Below, one piece after another: positions 8,524-17,887 of a stretch of DNA of 64,000 bases. Each line of letters begins with the position of its first letter. Position 1 is the first letter of the stretch. The notes under the pieces were generated by a model. The model had not been told where the DNA came from. It made no database searches and worked only from the letters and a program-made list of their open reading frames with translations. Made by a program: the position numbers and the translations under genes. The stretch is from positions 204,118 to 268,117 of the forward strand of contig CAVZVA010000012.1 in the NCBI GenBank assembly GCA_963778655.1. Direction: 5' to 3'. Origin of the DNA: an uncultured delta proteobacterium. GTDB lineage: Bacteria > Myxococcota_A > Polyangia > Polyangiales > JAFGIB01.

Positions 8524-9990
8524 GTGAACGGCCAGGTGGCGGAGCGGACCATGCCGCGGGTCGGTGACGTGGTCGCCGGCAAGTACCGCATCGAGGAGAT
8601 CATCGGCGAGGGCGGCATGGGGGCCGTGTTCGCCGCGACCCACACGCTGACCAGCAAGCGGGTCGCGCTGAAGTGGATGCTGCCCGAGCTGGCCACCGAT
8701 CAGGCCGCGGTGCAGCGCTTCATGCGCGAGGCCCAGGCCGCGGGCCGCATCGATCATCCCAACGTGGTCGCGATCTTCGACGTGGGCGAGCACGAGGACT
8801 CGATGTTCCTCGTGATGGAGTACCTATACGGCGAGACCCTTACCGCCGCCGAGCGGCGCGGCGGGCTCGAGGCGCGCCAGGTCATCCAGGTGCTGCTGCC
8901 TGCGATGCGCGGGGTTGCAGCCGCCCATGCCAAGGGCGTGGTGCACCGTGACCTCAAGCCGGACAACATCTTCCTGTGCCGTGGCCCCGACGGTTCGTTT
9001 CGCGAGCCGAAGGTGCTCGACTTCGGCATCTCCAAGGTGTCCTCGACCGGCGAAGGCCAGCCGATGAACCCGCGCCTGACTCGCACCGGCGCGGTCATGG
9101 GCACGCCCTACTACATGTCGCCCGAGCAGATACGGGGCTCTTCGGAGGTGGACGAGCGCACCGACGTGTACGCGTTCGGCGTGATCTTGTACGAGGCGCT
9201 CACCGGGCACGTGCCGTTCGACGCCGACGCCTACAGCGCGCTGATCCTCGAGATTGCGACCGGCACGCCGACGCGACCTCGAGAGCTGCGCCCCGAGTTG
9301 CCGCAGGCGCTCGAGACAGTGGTGCTCAAGGCGATGGCGCGCGAGCCGGAGCAGCGTTACCAGAGCGTCGAGAGCCTGGCGCGCGCGCTCGAGCCGTTCG
9401 CCGAAGGCATGACCTTCCGGGTGGACCGCCCCGACCCCACCGGTCGCGCGCTCAGCGGCCTGGGAACGGCCGCCACGCCTTACACCTCGGAGATTCCGGC
9501 GGCGCCCATGAAGGTGCCGGTGCGGCGCGGCGCCGTGAGCATCGTGGTGGCGCTGGCGGTGCTGCTTCTGGGCGGCGGCGTCTGGGCCTACACGCACATG
9601 GGCGCGTCCGGGCCGGCGGCCAACGTGGTGCAGCCGGCGGTCGCGGCCGCGCCGCCAGCCTCGCCGGAGACGCCGGTTGGACCCGCGGCGGAGCCCCCTG
9701 GGCGCGCCGTCGCGAGCACGCCGGCGCTCGGTGCTCTGCCGCAGCACCCGGATGCGGGTGCGGTCAAGCTTGCGCCCAGAGTGGGTGCGTCCGAGGACCA
9801 GGAGGCGCCGGCCACGGCGGCGCGGCGGCCGGCCGAACAGCAGCCGGCGGCCCGGGCGGAGCGCGAGCACGGCCGGGCGCACGAGCGCGGGCGCACGCAT
9901 CACCGCGCCGAGCCGGAGCCTTCCGCGCCGCCCCCGCAGCACCGTTCCCCCGCAGGCCGCACCGGCGAGATCAACGTCAACCAGTTCTGA
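8524..9990 (+). CDS. Ser/Thr protein kinase with TM helix and Pro/Ala-rich tail
   Basis: IGEGGMG, VALK, HRDLKPDN, DFG, GTPYYMSPE. Start could instead be ATG 8551. Confidence 0.95.
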   Translation: MNGQVAERTMPRVGDVVAGKYRIEEIIGEGGMGAVFAATHTLTSKRVALKWMLPELATDQAAVQRFMREAQAAGRIDHPNVVAIFDVGEHEDSMFLVMEYLYGETLTAAERRGGLEARQVIQVLLPAMRGVAAAHAKGVVHRDLKPDNIFLCRGPDGSFREPKVLDFGISKVSSTGEGQPMNPRLTRTGAVMGTPYYMSPEQIRGSSEVDERTDVYAFGVILYEALTGHVPFDADAYSALILEIATGTPTRPRELRPELPQALETVVLKAMAREPEQRYQSVESLARALEPFAEGMTFRVDRPDPTGRALSGLGTAATPYTSEIPAAPMKVPVRRGAVSIVVALAVLLLGGGVWAYTHMGASGPAANVVQPAVAAAPPASPETPVGPAAEPPGRAVASTPALGALPQHPDAGAVKLAPRVGASEDQEAPATAARRPAEQQPAARAEREHGRAHERGRTHHRAEPEPSAPPPQHRSPAGRTGEINVNQF

Positions 9991-10019
9991 AATCTGACGC
10001 GGGCTCGAGCGCGGGGCGC

Positions 10020-10223
10020 TCAGCTGCGGCTGTGCCGGTCGTGCCGCAGGGCGGCGTCGAGCGCACCCATGGTCAGCAGCGGCAGCACCAGCGCGACCGG
10101 GACCAGCGCGTCCGCCCGGCCGGGCAGGGCCGCCGCCAATAGCAGCGGCACCGCCAGGGTGGCGGCGGACACGAGCGCCCCTAGCGTGCGGGGCGACGAC
10201 GGGATGTGGTTGGGCAATCGCAT
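10020..10223 (-). CDS. small hydrophobic protein (67 aa, two predicted TM segments)
   Basis: Strong SD AAGGAGG before the ATG and a sigma70-like promoter upstream. Confidence 0.6.
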   Translation of the reverse strand: MRLPNHIPSSPRTLGALVSAATLAVPLLLAAALPGRADALVPVALVLPLLTMGALDAALRHDRHSRS

Positions 10224-10279
10224 GGCTTCCCTCCTTGGTGGCAGGGCGTCTCTTGAACGCCACTGGCCAATGCGTCATT

Positions 10280-10317
10280 TGTAACTGTTACACTAAACAC
10301 TGTGACGATTGTGTCAA
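10280..10317 (-). promoter_or_regulatory. sigma70-like promoter with overlapping palindromic operator
   Basis: Minus strand TTGACA-N16-TAGTGT. Palindrome TGTAAC-T-GTTACA at 10280-10292 overlaps the -10/+1 region. AT-rich island. Confidence 0.6.
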
Positions 10318-10439
10318 GCCAAAACCGGCGGGAGCGGGCCCGGGCCGCCAAGGGCGTGCCGCAGCCTTTGCGGGGGGGGCCCTAACAGGCCGCGCACCCG
10401 ACGCGCAGCACGCGCCCGGCCTCGCCGGACGGGCGCTCT

Positions 10440-11081
10440 CTACAGGCCGCGCACGGGCCGCAGGGCTCGGGGCTCCTTGAGCCCGGCGAGCCGGAACAGC
10501 GTCTGCCGGAACAGCCGGTTGGCTTGGGCTGGGCTGAGCTGCGGATCGTAGAACGAGCTACCCAGCAGGCCGAACAGGATTGCGAACGCGGCCTGGGCGG
10601 AATCTTCGGGGCTCGCCTCGGCCTCACCCGGAAGCTTGGCGAAGAGCTCCACGAACACGTCCTTGATGCGCCGATCGTGGGCCACCTTGAGGCGGCGCAT
10701 CGCCTTGTTCTGCACCGCCTGTCCGTAGAGGTCCAGCATCACGGCCTCGTCGGCCTTGCGCATGCCCTTGGTGCCCAGAAACAGATCGGCGATGGCGGAA
10801 ATGCGATCGACCGGGTCGCAGTGATCGAGCTCGGCCATCGATTTCTCGATGCGCTTGGTGACGGCCTTGAAGAAGGCTTCGAGGATCGCCTCCTTGCCGG
10901 GGAAGTAGTAGAGCAGGTGGCTCGAGCTCATCCCGGCTTCCTCGGCGATGTCGCACAGGGTCGTGCCGGCGTACCCCTTCTTCGTCATGCAGCGATAGAG
11001 CGCCGCCACGATCTTGCCGCGGCGATCGCGGGCGCTGGTAGCTTCCGCCAGACTGATGGTTCGCGATGCCGTGAGTTCCAT
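10440..11081 (-). CDS. TetR/AcrR-family regulator
   Basis: HTH GYAGTTLCDIAEEAGMSSSHLLYYFPGKEAIL. Confidence 0.92.
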   Translation of the reverse strand: MELTASRTISLAEATSARDRRGKIVAALYRCMTKKGYAGTTLCDIAEEAGMSSSHLLYYFPGKEAILEAFFKAVTKRIEKSMAELDHCDPVDRISAIADLFLGTKGMRKADEAVMLDLYGQAVQNKAMRRLKVAHDRRIKDVFVELFAKLPGEAEASPEDSAQAAFAILFGLLGSSFYDPQLSPAQANRLFRQTLFRLAGLKEPRALRPVRGL

Positions 11082-11312
11082 GGTTCTTTGCTTCTGGCAG
11101 GGGCCGTGCTGCGGCCGGGAGATCGGCCACTAGCATGATCGGTGCTAAGCCGCGCGCAACCGATATGTCAATGGTTTGTGCTGCACGTTTGCGTTGACAC
11201 GCAAAGCACACGCTTTAGCACTGCGCATGCCGAACTTGGGTTAGGCTGGCGATCGACGGCTGGGGTTGTGCGGGCGCCTGCGCGTCGACCTACACTGGCC
11301 GCGGAGCGTGGC

Positions 11313-11867
11313 GTGCAACGGCCCGAGCTGAGCGACGAGGAGTTGATGGCCGCGTACGTGGCCGGCGACGCCTCTGCTTTTCGGGTGCTGTTCGACCGCT
11401 ACGCGGTGGTGCTCTACCGCATGGTGCGGCGCAGGCTCGGCAGCGACGAGGACGCCCGCGATATCGTGCAGCAGACGCTGCTGCAGATGCACCGCGCCCG
11501 CCACGACTTTCGCCGCGATTCGCGCTTGCGGCCGTGGCTCTTCACCATCGCTATGAACCTCGTGCGCGAGCACTACCGCAGGCAAGGCCGCAGGCGCGAG
11601 CAGTCCCTGGAAGCGAACGCGCCCGAGGTTGCACGCCAGCGCGAAGCGCCGGCCACGCCGGCCGTGGACGGCGAACGGCTGCAGCGCGTGCGCGCGGCCC
11701 TGGCGAGCCTGCCCGAGCAGCAGCGGGAGGTGATCGAGCTGCACTGGTTCGAAGACAGCCCCTACGAAGAAATCGCCCGCATCGTCGGCGCCAGCGTCGC
11801 CGCAGTGCGGGTGCGCGCGCACCGCGGCTACGAGCGCCTGCGCAAGATCCTGCCCGACCATGAGTGA
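11313..11867 (+). CDS. ECF RNA polymerase sigma factor
   Basis: GTG 11313 after GGAG. SDEELM...GDASAF, region 2 DIVQQT...PWLFTIAMN, region 4 SYEEIA-like ...VRVRAHRG. Confidence 0.92.
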   Translation: MQRPELSDEELMAAYVAGDASAFRVLFDRYAVVLYRMVRRRLGSDEDARDIVQQTLLQMHRARHDFRRDSRLRPWLFTIAMNLVREHYRRQGRRREQSLEANAPEVARQREAPATPAVDGERLQRVRAALASLPEQQREVIELHWFEDSPYEEIARIVGASVAAVRVRAHRGYERLRKILPDHE

Positions 11868-11913
11868 AACCATGGCCGCCGCTGTCGCCCAAGCCCGCCC
11901 CTGTGACCGAAGC

Positions 11914-11942
11914 TGTAACTTCGGGGCCGGCCGCCGCCGTAG
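11914..11942 (+). promoter_or_regulatory. putative ECF-type promoter for the anti-sigma gene
   Basis: TGTAAC-N18-CGTA just downstream of the sigma gene; AAC...CGT is the general ECF consensus, but the spacer is at the long end. Confidence 0.4.
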
Positions 11943-11950
11943 GTCATCTA

Positions 11951-12115
11951 GAGCACCGAACATGTTGAAACACGCACGATTTCGGGGCCCTCGCGGGCGC
12001 ATGGCACGCGCGCTCCCCGCTCGACGTAGGATGGACTACGCCTTCGGGCTCCCGCCCGCACCCTGCATCCCGCCATGACCCCGACTTCGCACACGTTTCA
12101 ATATGTTCGGTGCTC
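11951..12115. mobile_element. MITE family B, copy 1 (165 bp)
   Basis: TIR GAGCACCGAACATGTTGAAAC / GTTTCAATATGTTCGGTGCTC, TA on both flanks (empty site CTAG). Two mismatches to the inverted copy at 31424-31588. Confidence 0.9.
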
Positions 12116-12157
12116 TAGGAGTCACTTGCGCCCTGCACTCGGAGCCGAAGGACGAGC

Positions 12158-12916
12158 ATGACGAGCAGCGGCAGCAACGGCGGTGGGCGGTCGGCCGGTG
12201 TGGACGCGCCGGGCGAGGCGCTGCACAGCCAGCTCTCGCGCTTGGCGGCCCACTCCGAGGCATCGAGCGCCGACCTCGAGGCGCTGTTCGCGCAGCTGCA
12301 GCGGGCGGTCGGAGCAGAGCGCGGCCCGCGGGCGCGCCTGCGCGCACTGCCGACGTGGCTGCGCGTGGGCCTGGTGCTGGCCGTGGCGGGCGCGCTCGGC
12401 GCGCTCGCGGCCGGGCGCTTCATGCGCCCCGACATCACGGCGTATCCGGCCGGGCGCATGGCGCTGGCGCTGATCTCGATCGGCGCGTTGCTGGCAGCCA
12501 GCCTGTGGCTCGCGCTGCGTCCGCTGCAGCTCGCGTCTGTTGCGCCCTGGGTTCCGGCGACTGCCGCGCTCGGCTCGTTGCTGTGGCTGGGTGCGCTCTA
12601 TCTGTTGCCGCCCGTGCACGAAGCCACCGGCTGGTCGCGCAATCCCGCGGGGCTGGGACCGACGCTGGCACGCGCGCTGCCGTGCATGGTGATCGGCCTG
12701 GGGCTTTCGCTGCCGTTCCTGCTGTTGTTGCGTGCGCTCGACCGTGGCGGCACCCGGCGTCCCTTGCTGATGGCGGCAGCGGCCGGCTTGCTCGCGAACT
12801 TCGTGCTCCAGCTCGCTTGCCCGGTCACCGCGCCGGTGCACATGCTGCTCGGGCACATGGGCGTGGCCGTGCTGTTGCTGGCGGGCGCGGCGGCGCTCGG
12901 CGGAGGCCAGCCGTGA
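12158..12916 (+). CDS. multi-TM anti-sigma factor, NrsF/DUF1109-like
   Basis: Follows the ECF gene, has about 6 TM helices and a C-terminal LACP...HMLLGH motif. Confidence 0.7.
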   Translation: MTSSGSNGGGRSAGVDAPGEALHSQLSRLAAHSEASSADLEALFAQLQRAVGAERGPRARLRALPTWLRVGLVLAVAGALGALAAGRFMRPDITAYPAGRMALALISIGALLAASLWLALRPLQLASVAPWVPATAALGSLLWLGALYLLPPVHEATGWSRNPAGLGPTLARALPCMVIGLGLSLPFLLLLRALDRGGTRRPLLMAAAAGLLANFVLQLACPVTAPVHMLLGHMGVAVLLLAGAAALGGGQP

Positions 12917-13209
12917 AGCGGCGGCTGCTCGACCAAACCGAGATAGAGCGCGCGCTGCAGTCGCTGCCGGGCTGGAGCCTGGCGGACGGAAAGCTCCACC
13001 GCGAGATGCGTTTCGCGGACTTCGTGGAGGCCTTCGCATTCATGAGCGCGATGGCGCTGGTCTCCGAATCGATGAACCACCATCCGGAGTGGCTGAACGT
13101 CTACGGGCGACTGGTGATCGACCTCAGCACGCACGACGCTGGCGGCGTCACCGAGCTCGACCTGCAGTGGGCACGACGGGCCGAGGCGTTGCGCCGCGTA
13201 CCGGGCTGA
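12913..13209 (+). CDS. phhB: pterin-4a-carbinolamine dehydratase
   Basis: GTGA overlap with the previous gene. F.DF.EAF.FM, NHHPEWLNVY and STHDAGGVTELD. Confidence 0.92.
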   Translation: MKRRLLDQTEIERALQSLPGWSLADGKLHREMRFADFVEAFAFMSAMALVSESMNHHPEWLNVYGRLVIDLSTHDAGGVTELDLQWARRAEALRRVPG

Positions 13210-13228
13210 GGGCTAGGGGTTCACTAGA

Positions 13229-14371
13229 TCAGGCCGGCGCGGGCTGCGCGCCCGGCAGCAGCGCCGGCGCCCGGTCGGATTGCGGCAGCGGACCTCCGCC
13301 CTCGCGGAAGGGACCCAGCCGCTTGCGCTTGAGCTCGGCGGTGGCGAGCTCGCGATAGCGTTGATTGCGCATCATCGCCAGCACCACCGTCCCGTAGTAG
13401 CCGGCCGGCATCTTGGGGCTTTGCTCGAAGCGGCGCAGCAGCTGGTAGGGGCGCGAGGCGCGCGCGTGGTGGTCGGAGTGCCGCGACAGGCCGACCAGCG
13501 TGTGCAGCGTGAACCAGTTGTCGGTGTCCCAGGAATCCAGACTGGTCACCGTCCTGCCCGCCCGCAGCAGCCCCCAGTGCTCGATGTAGTTGACGACCTC
13601 GAGCAGCATGAAGGCCATGCGCGCCTGCGCCAGGAAGAACACGGCCGCGATCCAGCCGAACACGAATAGATAGGTGAGGGTGATCGCGATCTCAGCCAGC
13701 ACGCCCTGCAGCACGCGGTGGCGCAGCATGCGCCGGTCGAACAAGCCCATGTGCGGGTCGCCCAGGCGCGTCTTCTCCAGGCGCCAGGCGCTGCGGAACT
13801 GCGCGGGCACGGTGCGCATGAAGAACTGATGGAAGGTCTCGCCGAAGCGCGCCGTAGCGGGATCCGCCAGCGTGCCTACGCGCGGGTGGTGTCCGCGCAC
13901 GTGCTCGGTCGCGAAGTGCTCGTAGCACACGAACATCAGCAGCAGCCTGCCCAGGAAGAACTGCAGGCGGTTGCGCCGGTGCACCAGCTCGTGGGCGAGC
14001 ACGATGCCGGAGTAGCCCGCGGTCACGCCGCTGATCGCTTGCATCGCGACGAAGTCGGCCAGCGTTTGCCCGAGCCTGGGCAGCGGCCAGATCGCGAGCT
14101 TGGACGCCATCACGCCGAGCAGCACGAAGTTGGCCAGCTGCAGCGCGACCAGCAGGTACACCTGCAGGTCGAAGGGCCAGCGCGGCGCGCCCTCGGCCGG
14201 CTGGCGCAGGTCGGGCGGCGCGCGGTTGTCGACCATCACCAGCACCCAGATCGGCAAGCCCCACAGCAGCGCGATCCACCAGCGGTGCGGGCCGGTGATC
14301 AGGAACACCAGGTTCAGCAGCGGCAAAAAGAAGGCCCACAGGTGCACGAACCAGGCTCGGGTGGGGCTCAT
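13229..14371 (-). CDS. alkB: membrane non-heme diiron alkane 1-monooxygenase (AlkB family)
   Basis: His boxes HELVH, EHVRGHH, NYIEHWG and LSRHSDHHA, plus N-terminal TM helices. Start could be 14410. Confidence 0.85.
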   Translation of the reverse strand: MSPTRAWFVHLWAFFLPLLNLVFLITGPHRWWIALLWGLPIWVLVMVDNRAPPDLRQPAEGAPRWPFDLQVYLLVALQLANFVLLGVMASKLAIWPLPRLGQTLADFVAMQAISGVTAGYSGIVLAHELVHRRNRLQFFLGRLLLMFVCYEHFATEHVRGHHPRVGTLADPATARFGETFHQFFMRTVPAQFRSAWRLEKTRLGDPHMGLFDRRMLRHRVLQGVLAEIAITLTYLFVFGWIAAVFFLAQARMAFMLLEVVNYIEHWGLLRAGRTVTSLDSWDTDNWFTLHTLVGLSRHSDHHARASRPYQLLRRFEQSPKMPAGYYGTVVLAMMRNQRYRELATAELKRKRLGPFREGGGPLPQSDRAPALLPGAQPAPA

Positions 14372-14476
14372 TTCCGCTTCAAGCTCGGCCGTTGGTGCGA
14401 GCGCTGGCATGCTGCCTCCAAGCATCTGAACGCACGGGCAGATGGCCCGTGGCTCAGCCACCAGCACACTGTTTAG

Positions 14477-14496
14477 CATACGCATTCGTATGTCAA
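14477..14496 (-). promoter_or_regulatory. palindromic operator next to a TTGACA -35 upstream of alkB
   Basis: CATACG-CATT-CGTATG overlapping a minus-strand TTGACA in the divergent alkB/ferredoxin spacer. Confidence 0.55.
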
Positions 14497-14580
14497 ATCC
14501 AAAAGCGCACGCCGCAGCGGCGCGCCCCGTGCTATGGCTGCAGCCGTCCGGCCCCGTTCGTCCGCACCAGGAGAGCGCGA

Positions 14581-14772
14581 ATGAAGGTTGTCGTCGATTT
14601 CGAGATCTGCCAGAGCCACGGCCTGTGCACGCAAGCCGCCCCCGAGGTCTTCGAGCTCCGGGATGACGGCTTTCTCTACATCCTGAATGAGCACCCGCCG
14701 GAGGCGTTGCGCGGCAAGGTGCAGACCGCGCTGCGCGAATGCCCGACCGGCGCGATCAAGATCGAGGACTAG
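14581..14772 (+). CDS. [3Fe-4S]-type ferredoxin (63 aa)
   Basis: ATG after AGGAG. CQSHGLC...APEVF...CPTGAI (CxxHxxC...CP). Confidence 0.92.
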   Translation: MKVVVDFEICQSHGLCTQAAPEVFELRDDGFLYILNEHPPEALRGKVQTALRECPTGAIKIED

Positions 14773-14779
14773 AGGTCAG

Positions 14780-15008
14780 GGGCCACATGGGAGCGAAGCG
14801 AGCCCCGGGGGCGGGTGGGGCCCCAACGGCTTTGCCGGTGGGGCGGGAGGGGCGCGTGCCCCTCCCGATCACAGGAGAAGCGAGAGCCATGGCCAGCAAG
14901 CTCGATCAGCGTTCGGGCCACATGGGAGCGAAGCGAGCCCCGGGGGCGGGTGGGGCCCCAACGGCTTTGCCGGTGGGGCGGGAGGGGCGCGTGCCCCTCC
15001 CGATCACA
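14780..15008. repeat. two identical 94-bp copies of REP-like family D (14780-14873 and 14915-15008)
   Basis: TGGGAGCGAAGCGAG...CCAACGGCTTTGCCGGTGG...CGGGAGGGGCGCGTGCCCCTCCCG; homologous to the array at 33011 and the copy at 27014. Confidence 0.9.
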
Positions 15009-15022
15009 AGCCAACCCAGGAG

Positions 15023-15063
15023 GCATCGGATCGGAAATCCGGGAAGGATTTCCGATCCGATGC
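15023..15063. repeat. perfect 18-bp hairpin
   Basis: GCATCGGATCGGAAATCC-gggaa-GGATTTCCGATCCGATGC, lying between AGGAGG and the GTG of the reductase gene. Confidence 0.85.
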
Positions 15064-15067
15064 ACTA

Positions 15068-16279
15068 GTGCTGCGCCGCGTCGTCGTGGTGGGGGCCTCG
15101 CTCGGCGGTCTGCGCGCTGCCGAGGCGCTGCGCCGGCGAGGCTACGGCGGCGAGCTGCTGCTGGTCGGCGAGGAGGCGCACGCGCCCTATGATCGACCGC
15201 CGCTCTCCAAGCAGCTGCTGCGCGGCGAATGGCCGGCCGAGCGCGTGCGCCTGCGCGCCGAGCAGGATCTGGCCGCGCTGCAGCTCGAGCTGCGGCTCGG
15301 CACGCGCGTGGAGCGGCTCGACGCCGCGCGCAAGCGACTGCTCCTGCAGGGCGGCGGCGAGATCGGCTATGACGGCCTGGTGATCGCCACCGGTGCGAGC
15401 CCGCGCAGCTTGCCCGGCGTGCCGCCGCTCGCCGGCGTTCACGTGCTGCGCACACTCGACGATGCGCTGGCGATCCGGCGGGTGCTCACGCAGGGCAGCC
15501 CACGCGTGTGCGTGGCCGGCGCGGGGTTCATCGGCCTCGAGGTCGCTGCCTCCTGCCGTGCGCTCGGGCTCGAGGTGAGCGCGGTCGAGCCGCTGGCGCT
15601 GCCGCTGCAGACCAGAGTCGGCGCCGCGATGGCCGCGCTGGTGGCCGCGCTGCACCGCGACCACGGCGTGGCGTTGCACTGCGGCGCCGGCGTGAGCGCG
15701 CTCGAGGGCGGCGCGCGCGTGGAGCGCGTGCGGTTGAGCGACGGCAGCGTGCTGCCTGCCGACCTAGTGGTAGTGGGCGTCGGTGTGCGTCCGGCGATCG
15801 AATGGTTGCAGGGCTCGGGCATCGCGCTCGGCGACGGCGTGCTGTGCGATGCGAGCTGTGCTACCTCGCTGCCCGACGTGGTCGCGGCTGGAGATGTCGC
15901 GCGCTGGCACGATGCGCGCCTGGGCGAGAGCCTGCGGATCGAGCACTGGAGTCAGGCCGGTGAGATGGCCGAGCACGCCGCCGCTCGCCTGCTGGCCGGC
16001 CCGGAGGGCGCCGCGGCGTTCACGCCGGTGCCGTACTTCTGGTCCGATCAATACGACGTGAAGATCCAGGTCGCGGGCTGGCTGCGTCCCGGCGATACGA
16101 TGGAGCTGGTCGAAGGCTCGGTCGAGGCGCGCAAGCTGGTCGCGCTGTTCGGCCGCGCGGGGCGGCTGCGCGCGGTGCTCGCGCTCAATCGGCCGGCGCA
16201 GCTGGTGCGCTACCGGCGCCTGCTCGCGGGCGACACCGGCTTCGAGGCCGCGATCGCCCAGGCGCGGGCCCAGGGCTGA
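15068..16279 (+). CDS. FAD/NAD(P)H ferredoxin reductase (glutathione-reductase/putidaredoxin-reductase type)
   Basis: VVVGASLGG, PYDRPPLSK, IATG, GAGFIGLE, AAGD, RIEHW and PYFWSDQY. Start at GTG 15068 is inferred. Confidence 0.9.
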   Translation: MLRRVVVVGASLGGLRAAEALRRRGYGGELLLVGEEAHAPYDRPPLSKQLLRGEWPAERVRLRAEQDLAALQLELRLGTRVERLDAARKRLLLQGGGEIGYDGLVIATGASPRSLPGVPPLAGVHVLRTLDDALAIRRVLTQGSPRVCVAGAGFIGLEVAASCRALGLEVSAVEPLALPLQTRVGAAMAALVAALHRDHGVALHCGAGVSALEGGARVERVRLSDGSVLPADLVVVGVGVRPAIEWLQGSGIALGDGVLCDASCATSLPDVVAAGDVARWHDARLGESLRIEHWSQAGEMAEHAAARLLAGPEGAAAFTPVPYFWSDQYDVKIQVAGWLRPGDTMELVEGSVEARKLVALFGRAGRLRAVLALNRPAQLVRYRRLLAGDTGFEAAIAQARAQG

Positions 16280-16324
16280 GCCCGCCCCGCTCTTGCCGCG
16301 AGCATGCTGCCTGGAGAAATACGA

Positions 16325-16392
16325 CCGGAAGGCGGGAAGACGAGAAGGACGGCGGATGAATTCGAGCTTCCAGCCTTCCGTCTGGCTGTGAA
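16325..16392. repeat. family C palindromic repeat
   Basis: CCGGAAGGCGGGAAGACGAGAAGG ... CTTCCAGCCTTCCGTCTGGCTGTGAA. Confidence 0.6.
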
Positions 16393-16497
16393 TCCACTGT
16401 TCCCGGCGCACCGCCGCTTCCGGCCGGGCGCCGAACTCGACAACCCAGCGGCGATCGACTACCACGATCGGCGCCCTTCGCCCGGCAAGGAGCGCGC

Positions 16498-17841
<1,344 letters not shown>

Positions 17842-17887
17842 CGCTGCGCTGCCACGCGCGCGCTCGGTCTTCCCGCTTTCTGTTGTC

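Noticed and set aside
11860..12157. ORFs 11860-12078 and the 5' part of 12103-13209
   Set aside because: They run through or start in MITE B; only 12913-13209 (pterin dehydratase) is supported.
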